From positions 1,760,001-1,824,000 of the forward strand of contig OY759726.1 in assembly GCA_963662625.1 (NCBI GenBank): 64,000 nucleotides of DNA, read 5' to 3'. A model generated the notes under the pieces. It did no database searches. It saw nothing but the letters and a program-made list of their open reading frames with translations, and was not told the origin of the DNA. Of the stretch, positions 48,618 through 57,485 are shown piece by piece. The stretch's first letter is position 1; the number at the start of each line of letters is the position of its first letter. Source of the DNA: Nitrosopumilus sp. (GTDB lineage: Archaea > Thermoproteota > Nitrososphaeria > Nitrososphaerales > Nitrosopumilaceae). The position numbers and the translations under genes were made by a program.

Positions 48618-48665
48618 GCGACGCCGCTCGCGGCGTTTCGGCCACCGGGGCCTCATCAGGCAGGC
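48613..48665 (-). ncRNA. Type I hammerhead ribozyme A
   Basis: GCCUGC CUGAUGA GGCC ccggu GGCC GAAA CGCCG cgag CGGCG UC^ GCAuGGC. Confidence 0.9.
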
Positions 48666-48685
48666 TGTCTGGGCGTCTTTCAAAA

Positions 48686-48693
48686 ATTAAATA
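48686..48693 (-). promoter_or_regulatory. TATA-like box for ribozyme A
   Basis: TATTTAAT 21-28 nt upstream of the ribozyme 5' strand; identical in both copies. Confidence 0.55.
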
Positions 48694-49341
48694 CTCGGGG
48701 GTCCAACATCAGGTGGTGGGGGCTCAGCTGGACTTTAGTCCACCTACTCTTCATCTCCAGATGAAGGGATTAGCAGTGCCAAGTTTTCATCATCGCCCTC
48801 ACCATCCAAGCCAGTCCCATGGGACGGCCATCCCAAATCGAACACTAAAATAACTCCGGGGCCTCCTGAAGGTGGCGAGGGGTCAGATCTGACAGTCATC
48901 ATCACAATGATGATCAGAAGCCGTTCTCATCATCCCCCTCGCCCGGTTCACCCGGCACTTGCCGGGAAATGCCGCCAACCGGCGTGACTGCCGGACCAAT
49001 TCCGGCGTGAAAACGTGAAAGGAGACGTCTTGCGTGAGACAAGACACATGGAAGAAGGCACGTAGGATGTCTCGTGTGGCATAAGACGCGGCGCCATGGT
49101 GACACTTTGGCATGTTAGATGGGGGTTTACTAGGGTCCGATTTTGTGTTTGGTGTTTTGTTCCTGTTTTGGTTGGAACGCCCACCATAACCGCGAAGGAT
49201 ACTAGGGAGTTCGGGTTTTGTCGGAGCCCGCAGACGTCCTCCCCCGCAGGGTATATGGATCGCGCCGTCCCGGGGTTGCCAACGGGGCCACTGGCTGCCG
49301 GCGCGGCCGCGCCCGCGGCGCTCCTTGAACGACATGGACCG

Positions 49342-49968
49342 TCAGTCGAACAGACTGTAGAGCTGGCTGTCTGTAAGACGTGGGGCTTCGCGGGTCTCGG
49401 AGCACATGTTTGACACGTACCTGCCGTGTTCCGGAAGGTAGATGCCCTTCCCCGGAACGTATCTCCCGATGCCCTGCAGTATGCGGGCGACATCCCCTTG
49501 AGAGTGGCTCTCGGCCACTGAAGTTGCCATGGATCCCCTGCCGGGGGTTTCGCCCATCCAGGGCTCCTCAGCATGGCTTCGTTTGGTAAAAAAGGGGGCG
49601 GCTACCGCCTGCCGCCCATGCCGTCCCTGAGCCTTTGCCAGTGGGCCTTTTAGGTCCCACGACCTTTTTGGCGCAGAACTCGAGCCGCCGGAGGACCCCG
49701 CGGGGGAGGCACTCTTCCAGGTCAGACCTGGACTCCCCCGGAGCAGCTGCTCCAGAACCGCCTTGCACTTGGCCGGCCCCATGGCTTGGAATTGCTCCCT
49801 GTACCAATCGGAACCGTGGAAGTCCGGCGGGTTGCAGAACTGGCACTCCTCCCCGTACTCGTCCCCGCGGGGATTGACGTGGTCGTGCGCGTCCGCTTGA
49901 TCCTTTTCGATCAGTTTGGCGGCCAGCAGGTAGTGCTCGACCACCCGAGCCGATGGGAGTTCCCCCAT
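49342..49968 (-). CDS. Orphan ORF, possibly the frameshifted continuation of 49911-50195
   Basis: HDH...CQFC motif; overlaps the upstream ORF at a G5 run. Confidence 0.45.
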   Translation of the reverse strand: MGELPSARVVEHYLLAAKLIEKDQADAHDHVNPRGDEYGEECQFCNPPDFHGSDWYREQFQAMGPAKCKAVLEQLLRGSPGLTWKSASPAGSSGGSSSAPKRSWDLKGPLAKAQGRHGRQAVAAPFFTKRSHAEEPWMGETPGRGSMATSVAESHSQGDVARILQGIGRYVPGKGIYLPEHGRYVSNMCSETREAPRLTDSQLYSLFD

Positions 49969-50195
49969 CCGGTGCCGATTGGATTCCCGGAGCCTACGTC
50001 CGTCAGTACGTCGCCGTCACTTATGGCGACAACATCGTTCTTGCAATAAAATTTGCGGGTTCGGCCCTCTGGGCCGGCTTGGGCGCGTACGGCGTCGTCG
50101 AGGCCTAGCCTCTCCTGTACGTGCTTGCAGACGCTTTTGGTTAAGAACGTCCTACCTCCTATGGAGATTTGCTTCATGACTGTTTGTTCTGCCAT
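49911..50195 (-). CDS. Orphan ORF behind hammerhead B
   Basis: MAEQTVMKQISIGGRTFLTKSVCKHVQERLGL...; AUG lies inside ribozyme stem I. Confidence 0.5.
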   Translation of the reverse strand: MAEQTVMKQISIGGRTFLTKSVCKHVQERLGLDDAVRAQAGPEGRTRKFYCKNDVVAISDGDVLTDVGSGNPIGTGWGNSHRLGWSSTTCWPPN

Positions 50196-50243
50196 GCGAC
50201 GCCGCTCGCGGCGTTTCGACCATTCAGGTCTCATCAGGCAGGC
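50191..50243 (-). ncRNA. Type I hammerhead ribozyme B
   Basis: GCCUGC CUGAUGA GACC ugaau GGUC GAAA CGCCG cgag CGGCG UC^ GCAuGGC. Confidence 0.9.
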
Positions 50244-50263
50244 TGCCTGGCCGTCGTTCAAAA

Positions 50264-50271
50264 ATTAAATA
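50264..50271 (-). promoter_or_regulatory. TATA-like box for ribozyme B
   Basis: TATTTAAT at the same spacing as in copy A. Confidence 0.55.
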
Positions 50272-50493
50272 CTCGGGGATCCAACATCCGGTGGTGGGGG
50301 CTCAGTTGTCACGGCTTGAAGATGTCTCATCATTTGCGCCATGTCAGACTTTCACTGGAGTACAGCGTCGGCACTGGCATCATCATCATCGCCCTCACTG
50401 GCATCATCATCGCCCTCACCATCCAAGCCGGATCAGATGGGAACGGCGCGGTCGACAAAACTTTATAAGGTTTTTGACGGTAGTTGCAGTGGA

Positions 50494-50823
50494 TTGTTCA
50501 GCTACAAGACTTATTTGATCTTCCTTTTCGTGTCACTGGCGGTCAGCATCGGCCTGCAGATGGTCCTGCCGTTCCCGTACGGCCTCGGGGTCGCGCTGGC
50601 GCTGTTCATCGCGTTCCCGCTGCTGCTCAGGAGAAAGTACATGAACCGCATGAGGGGCGGATACGGAGGCTCCGGCTCCGGCTCGTCCGGGGGCGGCGGG
50701 TTCTTCGGGCTCGGCTCGTCCGGCGGCAGCTCGGTCAGGTACGTGTGCCTCGTGTGCAACAACAAGCACAAGGGGGGCGCCTGCCCTCGCTGCGGTTCCA
50801 AGATGCAAAGGGCGGACTTTTAG
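50494..50823 (+). CDS. 2-TM membrane protein with Gly/Ser linker and C-terminal zinc ribbon
   Basis: TTTATAA box ~26 nt before TTG; CLVC...CPRC. Confidence 0.82.
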   Translation: MFSYKTYLIFLFVSLAVSIGLQMVLPFPYGLGVALALFIAFPLLLRRKYMNRMRGGYGGSGSGSSGGGGFFGLGSSGGSSVRYVCLVCNNKHKGGACPRCGSKMQRADF

Positions 50824-50835
50824 GGGGGCGCCTGC

Positions 50836-51147
50836 ATGTCGCTGGACGAGCTGCGCAAGAAGGTGATCTTCCACAACTCGGTCGACGTCTGGATCGCGTC
50901 GTGCGCCGAAAGGGGCGGCGACTGGACGGACACGGACGGCTACAGGGGGTTCATCGCGTTCCTGCTCGAGAACGGCCTGAACATGAAGGCGTTTTCCCTG
51001 TGCGCGCACGAGGCGGGCGACGACGAGGCCGAAAGGACGAGGTTCGCGGAGTCGCTGGCAGGCTCGGGGGACGACCCGAATTCCTCGATCTACACCATCA
51101 AGCTCAGCGACCAGGCGCTGGAGACGATCCGCCGGTTCGGCCGGTGA
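50836..51147 (+). CDS. Hypothetical protein (103 aa)
   Basis: Coding-like composition. Confidence 0.8.
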   Translation: MSLDELRKKVIFHNSVDVWIASCAERGGDWTDTDGYRGFIAFLLENGLNMKAFSLCAHEAGDDEAERTRFAESLAGSGDDPNSSIYTIKLSDQALETIRRFGR

Positions 51148-51149
51148 TC

Positions 51150-52517
51150 TCACCCCCTCAGTTTCGGGTTGACGATCGCGTCGAGCGCGTTCCCGATGAA
51201 GACGAACGCCAGCCCCGTGACGGCAATCATCATCCCGGGGGGCGTGATCCACCACCACAGGCCCCTCGCGGCGGCGCCGTACACGTTTGCGTCGTGCAGG
51301 ATCTGCCCCCACGTGGGGAACGACGGGTCCCCCAGCCCGAGGAAGCTCAGCCCCGCCTCCGTGGTGATCGCGGCCGGGACCGAGATCGCTATGCTTGCAA
51401 ACGCGTACGGGAGCAGCTGCGGCAGTATGTGCTTCACGATTATCCTGGAGTCCCTCTGCCCCATCATGGTTGCGGCCTCCACGTACCCGCGCGTCTTGAT
51501 CTGGAGCGCCATGCTCCTTGACACCTTGGCTATCCCGACCCAGCCGAACATCATCAGGAACCCGATCATCAGGAATATGCTGTTGCTTATGGTGACCGAC
51601 AGTATTATGAGGAACGGCAGCGCGGGGAGCGCGTAGATCACGTCGTTGAAGCGCATCATGGCCTCGTCCGTCTTCCTTCCGCGGTATCCCGCGTATATCC
51701 CGTACAGCAGGCCCATCATCACGGACGCGATCGCGACCGCCAGCCCTATGAACAGGGCAAGCGGCGTCCCCCAGAGCAGCCCCAGGGCCAGGTCCCTCCG
51801 CAGCTCGTCGGTGCCCATCACCCCGAAGGCCTTGCCCCCCACGATGACCCTGGAGTCGGTTATCTCGGCCTCGCCCCCCGCCCCGTACAGGTTCACCAGG
51901 AACACGTACCTGCCCTTCAGGGGCTCGTGGGCGCCCTCCTTGGAGAACACTACGTCCTCTGCCGGCATGCCGCGCGGGTCGAATGCAAACCCGGCGCCCT
52001 GCATGGCGGCGTTCTTCCTGACGGTCTCGTCGGTGGAGAATACCCTCTCGCCGTGGACGGCGGGCGACTCGGAGTACGGCAGCGGCGCCGAGAGCAGCAG
52101 GATCTCCCGGGAGTCGGGCCGCACGACCGACAGCTGCAGCAGCGGCGAGCCCGAGTACCGCGCGGTGATCTCGTAGATGAAGTCGTTTGGAAAGTCGTCG
52201 TAGTCGAAGATGGTCGCGAACTGGTGCGACGACAGCGTGACGCCGCCACGCCGGTCGGACAGGACCTCTGGGGAGTCGAGGATCTTGTGCTCCGGGATCT
52301 TCTCCCCCAGGAACGCGTTCACCCACGCCGGGACCGCGGCCTTGGGGTACCCGAGCCAGCTGCTCGGGTCGTTCCATTCCTTGAGCGTCTCGGCCGGGAT
52401 CACGGCCACCGCGAGGATCGACGTGGCGGCCAGGCCGGCCAGGATCGCCACCCCCGCCATCCCGATCCTGCTCCTCGCGAACTCCGCCCGGATCTCCTGC
52501 GGGGTGGCGCTGCTCAA
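51150..52517 (-). CDS. Peptide/nickel ABC permease (DppC/OppC-like)
   Basis: GTDELRRD, YVEAA, EAGLSFLGLG. Confidence 0.93.
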   Translation of the reverse strand: MSSATPQEIRAEFARSRIGMAGVAILAGLAATSILAVAVIPAETLKEWNDPSSWLGYPKAAVPAWVNAFLGEKIPEHKILDSPEVLSDRRGGVTLSSHQFATIFDYDDFPNDFIYEITARYSGSPLLQLSVVRPDSREILLLSAPLPYSESPAVHGERVFSTDETVRKNAAMQGAGFAFDPRGMPAEDVVFSKEGAHEPLKGRYVFLVNLYGAGGEAEITDSRVIVGGKAFGVMGTDELRRDLALGLLWGTPLALFIGLAVAIASVMMGLLYGIYAGYRGRKTDEAMMRFNDVIYALPALPFLIILSVTISNSIFLMIGFLMMFGWVGIAKVSRSMALQIKTRGYVEAATMMGQRDSRIIVKHILPQLLPYAFASIAISVPAAITTEAGLSFLGLGDPSFPTWGQILHDANVYGAAARGLWWWITPPGMMIAVTGLAFVFIGNALDAIVNPKLRG

Positions 52518-53569
52518 CTCCCGGCCCTCACCCGCGGGTCAAAGTACCCGTAAAGCAGGTCCGCCACGAATATGCTCGCCAGGAAGAACACGGTCAGGAC
52601 GTAGGTCGCGCCGATGATCACCGGCAGGTCCATCACGGTGATCGCCTCGAAGTACAGCCTGCCCATTCCCGGCCAGTCGAACACGGCCTCCGTGATTATG
52701 GCGCCCCCCAGCGAGCCCGACAGGCTCAGCGCGAGGATCGTCACGATGGGCGGCGCGGCGTTCTTCAGCGCGTGCCTGTAGATTATCCTCCTCCGGCCCA
52801 CGCCTATCGCCCTCTTGGCAAATATGAAGTCCTCCTGCATGATGCCCACCATGAAGTTCCTCACCAGGTACGCCCACGCCCCGAACCCGATCAGCACTAT
52901 CGTGATCAGCGGCAGCGCCATGTGGTAGAGCAGCACGACGGCGTACGACGGATCCGACGGCGGGACCGTGGGGGTCGCCCTGGCAGGGAACACCTGGTAG
53001 GCAAACGCGAAGACGAATATCATGATCATGCCGATCCACCACACCGGGAAGCTGGAGCTGATCACCGCGAAGCTCGACGTGATCCTGTCCAGCACGGAAC
53101 CCACCTTGCTGCCCGAAAGCGCGCCCAGGAATATCCCGATCACGGAGATTATGACCGTGGCCGTGGTGAACAGCAGGACCGTCCTCGGGAGTTTTTCCAT
53201 GATTATCTCCCGGATGTCCGACGATCCCAGATCGCTCGTGAGGAACGTGGCGTGGCCAAAGTCCAGCGTCAGGATCTTGAACATTGTCAGCCCCAGCCTC
53301 TGCGGCGAGTGCCACGGCTCGTCCAGCCCCATCACCGCGATCCTGTGCTCGATCTGCTCCCGGACGTACCCCTCGAACTCATCCACCGACGAGAAGCCCT
53401 CGGCGATGGCGGGGTTGTCCGTGATCTCGGCCCTCACCTGGAACGCCACGCCCTGCTTGAGGATCGCGTCCATGTTGGAGCCGACTAGCGATATGGTGAG
53501 CAGCAGCGTGATGATCAAGACGCCGAACATCGTGGCCAGGCGCGTCGCGACGTACCTTCCCAGACCCAT
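52514..53569 (-). CDS. Peptide/nickel ABC permease (DppB/OppB-like)
   Basis: HALKNA, EAVFDWPGMG, DPRV. Confidence 0.93.
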   Translation of the reverse strand: MGLGRYVATRLATMFGVLIITLLLTISLVGSNMDAILKQGVAFQVRAEITDNPAIAEGFSSVDEFEGYVREQIEHRIAVMGLDEPWHSPQRLGLTMFKILTLDFGHATFLTSDLGSSDIREIIMEKLPRTVLLFTTATVIISVIGIFLGALSGSKVGSVLDRITSSFAVISSSFPVWWIGMIMIFVFAFAYQVFPARATPTVPPSDPSYAVVLLYHMALPLITIVLIGFGAWAYLVRNFMVGIMQEDFIFAKRAIGVGRRRIIYRHALKNAAPPIVTILALSLSGSLGGAIITEAVFDWPGMGRLYFEAITVMDLPVIIGATYVLTVFFLASIFVADLLYGYFDPRVRAGS

Positions 53570-53665
53570 CAGGGTTTCTCACGCGCGCCGCGTTATAATA
53601 GGTGCGGCGCGCCCGCGCCAGGCCCGCCGGAAAGTCCTAAATTACGGCTGGCCGCAGGATCCGCG

Positions 53666-53965
53666 TTGCCCCGCAGCACGTTTGATCCGGACCGACTGGA
53701 GCTGACAAAGCCCGAGATCGTCGGGTTTTGCGACAGGGTGCTGGCCAGGTGGGGCAAGGAGCCGGCAAAGAACGCGCACGGCATCATGGCGATGAACGCG
53801 GTCAGGGCCGGGGTCATGTGGACCGACGACGAGTCCCTCAAGGCCATCTGGGGCGAGATAGTCAAGTGGTCCTTTGAGATAATGTACGAAAACGCGCTGG
53901 CGCAGGCGAAGGACGGCGACGTCGACTGGGCGGGCGTCATGAGGGGGCTGAAGAGCAAAAAATGA
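53666..53965 (+). CDS. Hypothetical protein (99 aa)
   Basis: Coding-like composition. Confidence 0.75.
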   Translation: MPRSTFDPDRLELTKPEIVGFCDRVLARWGKEPAKNAHGIMAMNAVRAGVMWTDDESLKAIWGEIVKWSFEIMYENALAQAKDGDVDWAGVMRGLKSKK

Positions 53966-54249
53966 CCCCCGCGCGTGGCGGGCCATGAGCGCGGGCGCGC
54001 TGCGGAAGGCGAGGGGGCACTCAGGGCCGGGCGGCGTGTCTGAGGCCGGCGACGGCCCCTGCCATGCAGGGTCTCCTCCCGATCCCGCCAAGCCGCATTT
54101 CGCGACCCCCGACTCCCGCCGGTGCCCAGGGTTCAGGAACTCCTGGCCCCGCCACGGGAAGGGCGCGGGGGCATGCTGCCCCCGCACGGGGGCGGCTAGG
54201 ATCTTCACGCGGCGGGACGGGTGACGCCCGGGACGCGGGCCCCCCCCCC

Positions 54250-54576
54250 CTACGGGCAGCCCGCGGCGGCCTTGCCGACGCGCACGGAGCCGTTCTCGAC
54301 TACTATCGGCCGCGCGATCAGGCCCGGGTTTCTTGCCATCAGCCTTATGAGCTGGGAGTCCGTGTACTCCCTGTTCCCCATGTCAAGCTCCCTGTACATC
54401 CTGTCGCGCTTGCGCAGCAGCTCCCTGGGCCTCATGCCCGACATGCCGATGATCCTCCCCAGCTCCGCCTCCGAGAGCGGGTCCTTGAAAAGATCCCTCC
54501 CGTTCACGTCGGCCCCGTCCAGCCCAGCCAGCACCCTCTTGCACGTGACGCACGAGCCCTTGTAGTAGACGTCCAC
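54250..54576 (-). CDS. ArsC/Spx-family protein
   Basis: SCVTCK, NPGLIARPIV. Confidence 0.88.
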   Translation of the reverse strand: MDVYYKGSCVTCKRVLAGLDGADVNGRDLFKDPLSEAELGRIIGMSGMRPRELLRKRDRMYRELDMGNREYTDSQLIRLMARNPGLIARPIVVENGSVRVGKAAAGCP

Positions 54577-54754
54577 GGAGGACGGTGGGCCTTGCCGATT
54601 AAAACTGTTTTTGCCCGGGGCAGCTAGCCCATCCCCGCGCCCCGCGGCGTCCCTGCGCGGGAAGCGCGCCCGCCTTCCACGGCCGCCCCGGCAGGCCTGC
54701 GGCTCCCGGGTTTTGCAAAAACTCAAATCCACCCTGCGCGTTGACCATGCTGGT

Positions 54755-54889
54755 ATGATTTGCGCCGCATGCGAGATCCGCAAGCACTACGAGTGCATCG
54801 ACTGCGTAAACAACCACAAGACCCACCTATGCAGCTGCGACTGCCACGACGAGGACACGAAGCCCCACCCGATGGGCAGGCCCCACTAG
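54755..54889 (+). CDS. Small Cys/His-rich protein (44 aa)
   Basis: MICAACEIRKHYECIDCVNNHKTHLCSCDCHDEDTKPHPMGRPH*. Confidence 0.7.
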   Translation: MICAACEIRKHYECIDCVNNHKTHLCSCDCHDEDTKPHPMGRPH

Positions 54890-54906
54890 GGCGGCGGGCG
54901 CCGCGG

Positions 54907-55587
54907 CTAGCCCTCGAAGCTCCGCTCGATCTCCTGGGCCATCGCCTCCAGCCTGTTCGTGCTGCCCATCTTCCTGTAGGTCAGCTTCTCCAGCGTCTTG
55001 ATGATGCTGATGGCCGCCCGGTACTGCGGGACCTCGGGGTCGTTGAGCTCCCCGTACATCCCGATGCCGTAGATGCCGTTCTGCTTGGCAAACCCCAGGA
55101 TCAGGCCGTTGAACCCGGTTATTATCGACCTCTGCGGCGTGGTCTCCACGCCCAGCTCGCGCATCTGCCTCGTCAGCTGCGGCGACGTGGTGGTGACGTA
55201 CGCCTTCGGCATCTTCTGCAGCTCCCTGCTCGTGTGGAATCCCCCCGCCGTGTAGATGAACTTGGCGGAGTGCCTTTTCGCGACCTCGATCACGTCCTGG
55301 CAGACCGTGCCGATGTCCTCGCTTCCCTGGGGCTGCCCGTTGCCGCCCCCGAAGACTATCAGGCCGTCGGCGTACCGGTACTCCCACACCTCGTCGGGCA
55401 CGTCGACGTACCCCCCCTTGTCGATCACGTACGACGGCTGCTCCGCCCTCACGGACCGGAACTTTTTCGTGCGCAGGCTGCTGTTGATGAAGTTTATCAC
55501 GATGCTCCCGACGTTTCCCATGTCCTGCATCGCGGCGATCATGATCGGCTTGCTGATGCTCGGCTCGCCGGCCTGCAGAAACTCCAT
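54907..55587 (-). CDS. PAC2-family proteasome assembly chaperone homolog
   Basis: MGNVGSI, YTAGG, ITGFNGLIL. Confidence 0.88.
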   Translation of the reverse strand: MEFLQAGEPSISKPIMIAAMQDMGNVGSIVINFINSSLRTKKFRSVRAEQPSYVIDKGGYVDVPDEVWEYRYADGLIVFGGGNGQPQGSEDIGTVCQDVIEVAKRHSAKFIYTAGGFHTSRELQKMPKAYVTTTSPQLTRQMRELGVETTPQRSIITGFNGLILGFAKQNGIYGIGMYGELNDPEVPQYRAAISIIKTLEKLTYRKMGSTNRLEAMAQEIERSFEG

Positions 55588-55760
55588 ACTGTTGCTTGTG
55601 GTACCCACTTAAAACATGTAGCCGCGCCGCCTCGATCTGCCCCCGGGCCGCCGGCCCGGGGGCAGCCATATTTTAACCAATGCCGCCCGCCGGCGCCGGC
55701 GTCCTCGATCGGGGAAAACGTGAAGATTCATAAGGCAAAAAAACCCCCTACCGACAATTT

Positions 55761-57485
55761 ATGGCAACCACCGTGGGGAACTTTGGGACTCTCGAGTACG
55801 CCCTGGACAGGTACTCGAAGATCTGGTGCTGGAAGGTGACGGGCTCCCGCGCGGTCAGCATGGTGTCGAGGCTGATCCCCGAGGCGTGGTACGGCGAGGC
55901 GGTCGACGAGGTCATAATCCCCGACAGCCCGGACAACGTGAAGCAGCTGAAGCTCATCATGGACAGGTACCCGCTGGGGATCCTGTCCAAGTCGGCCTGG
56001 CACAGGAAGATCAGCAAGGCGGCCTCCCCAAAGCCGGCCCCGCCCCCCGTCGAGCACAAGCTGAGCCGCGCAAAGCCCGGGCCGCAGTTCCGCGGAAGGC
56101 TGATGAACTTCCAGAAGGAGGGCCTGGACTTCCTGATAAAGTCGTCCGGAAACGCCCTGCTTGCCGACGAGATGGGCCTGGGAAAGACGGTGCAGACCCT
56201 GGCGTACGTGTCCACGGAGAAGCAGGCGTTCCCGGTGCTGGTGGTGGCCCCGCTGGTCACCCTGAGCAACTGGGAGAGGGAGATCGCGAAGTTCGTGAAG
56301 AAAAAGTCCCGCAACGGCAGGATCATAGGGTCCGAGTCCCCCTCCTCGACCGTCATCCGGACGGGGAAGAGGCAGGAGCTGCCCCGCGCCGACTTTTACG
56401 TAATAAACTACGAGCTGCTCCACAAGCGGCTCGGGGACCTGGCAGGGATCGGCTTCAGGACGATGGTCTGCGACGAGGTGCACAACCTACGCTCCAAGAC
56501 GACCCAGAAGTACAGGGCGGTGAAGAGGCTGGCCGCGCTGCCCACCACCTCGTTCCGGATCGGCCTGTCCGGCACCCCGATCTACAACCACGGGTCGGAG
56601 ATCTGGCCCATAGTGGACATACTGAGGCCGGGACTGCTCGGGAGCTTCAAGGAGTTCTGCGAGTACTTTTGCTACATCAACGACAGGGGAAAGGCCATCG
56701 TCCTGAGGAGCAAGCGCGCGTCGCTCCGGAACGAGTTGCAAAAGCACGTGATGCTGCGGAGGAAAAAGTCCGACGTGCTCAAGGAGCTGAAGGACAAGGT
56801 CCGCTACAAGGAGGTGATCGAGTCCGACACCGAGTACTACATCGAGGAGCTGAACAAGATATGGGCCCTCCTGGAGGAGGAGCAGAGGGCCGCCACGTCG
56901 AACGTGGACAAGTTCGCGTCGTACAGGCGCGCCATCAGGAGCGAGAGGCAGGTGGCGGGGGTGGCGAAGCTCCCGCACGTGATAAACTTCGTCAAGAACA
57001 TCATGGAGATAGAGGAGAGCGTCGTGGTGTTCTGCCACCACAAGCTGATCCACAGGCTGCTGCACGAGAGCCTGGCCGAGTTCTCGCCGGCGTCCATAAT
57101 CGGGGGGCAGTCCGACGGCGAGCGCCAGGGGCAGATAGACAGCTTCCAGAGGGGCGAGTCCAGGCTGATGATCGCCGGCATCCGAGCGGGGAACGTGGGG
57201 ATCAACCTCACCCGCGCAAAGTACGTCGTCTTTGCGGAGCTGGACTGGAGCCCGGCCATACACAGGCAGGCCGAGGACCGCCTGCACAGGATCGGGCAGA
57301 AGAGCACGGTGTTCGCGTACTACCTGATCGGGCACGGGACGCTGGACGACCACGTGGCGGGCGTCCTGGTCGACAAGGGCTACGAGATAGACGCCATAAT
57401 GGACGAGTCGGCCGACGCGTACGACAACGCCGGCAAGGCGGAGATGATCCTGGCCCAGATCCACGACAGGATCAGCTCGGGCTAG
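55761..57485 (+). CDS. SNF2-family (SMARCAL1-like) helicase
   Basis: LADEMGLGKT, DEVH, LSGTP, QAEDRLHRIGQ. Confidence 0.95.
   Translation: MATTVGNFGTLEYALDRYSKIWCWKVTGSRAVSMVSRLIPEAWYGEAVDEVIIPDSPDNVKQLKLIMDRYPLGILSKSAWHRKISKAASPKPAPPPVEHKLSRAKPGPQFRGRLMNFQKEGLDFLIKSSGNALLADEMGLGKTVQTLAYVSTEKQAFPVLVVAPLVTLSNWEREIAKFVKKKSRNGRIIGSESPSSTVIRTGKRQELPRADFYVINYELLHKRLGDLAGIGFRTMVCDEVHNLRSKTTQKYRAVKRLAALPTTSFRIGLSGTPIYNHGSEIWPIVDILRPGLLGSFKEFCEYFCYINDRGKAIVLRSKRASLRNELQKHVMLRRKKSDVLKELKDKVRYKEVIESDTEYYIEELNKIWALLEEEQRAATSNVDKFASYRRAIRSERQVAGVAKLPHVINFVKNIMEIEESVVVFCHHKLIHRLLHESLAEFSPASIIGGQSDGERQGQIDSFQRGESRLMIAGIRAGNVGINLTRAKYVVFAELDWSPAIHRQAEDRLHRIGQKSTVFAYYLIGHGTLDDHVAGVLVDKGYEIDAIMDESADAYDNAGKAEMILAQIHDRISSG

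Larger units (their letters stand above)
48612..48730 (-). repeat. 119-bp promoter+ribozyme module, copy A
   Basis: 107/119 identical to 50190-50308 by manual alignment, no gaps. Confidence 0.95.
50190..50308 (-). repeat. 119-bp promoter+ribozyme module, copy B
   Basis: Direct repeat of 48612-48730, offset 1578 bp. Confidence 0.95.

Noticed and set aside
48048-48683. ORF-track starts MKDAQ.../MNDGQ... extending through the ribozymes
   Set aside because: These TTG starts sit next to the TATA-like box, and the shared 'CLMRP...RRERRRM' peptide is simply the translated ribozyme
48612-50308. 119-bp repeats as prophage att sites, IS ends or integron attC
   Set aside because: No integrase, tRNA homology, TSD or attC-type palindrome seen; the variation pattern fits an RNA structure instead
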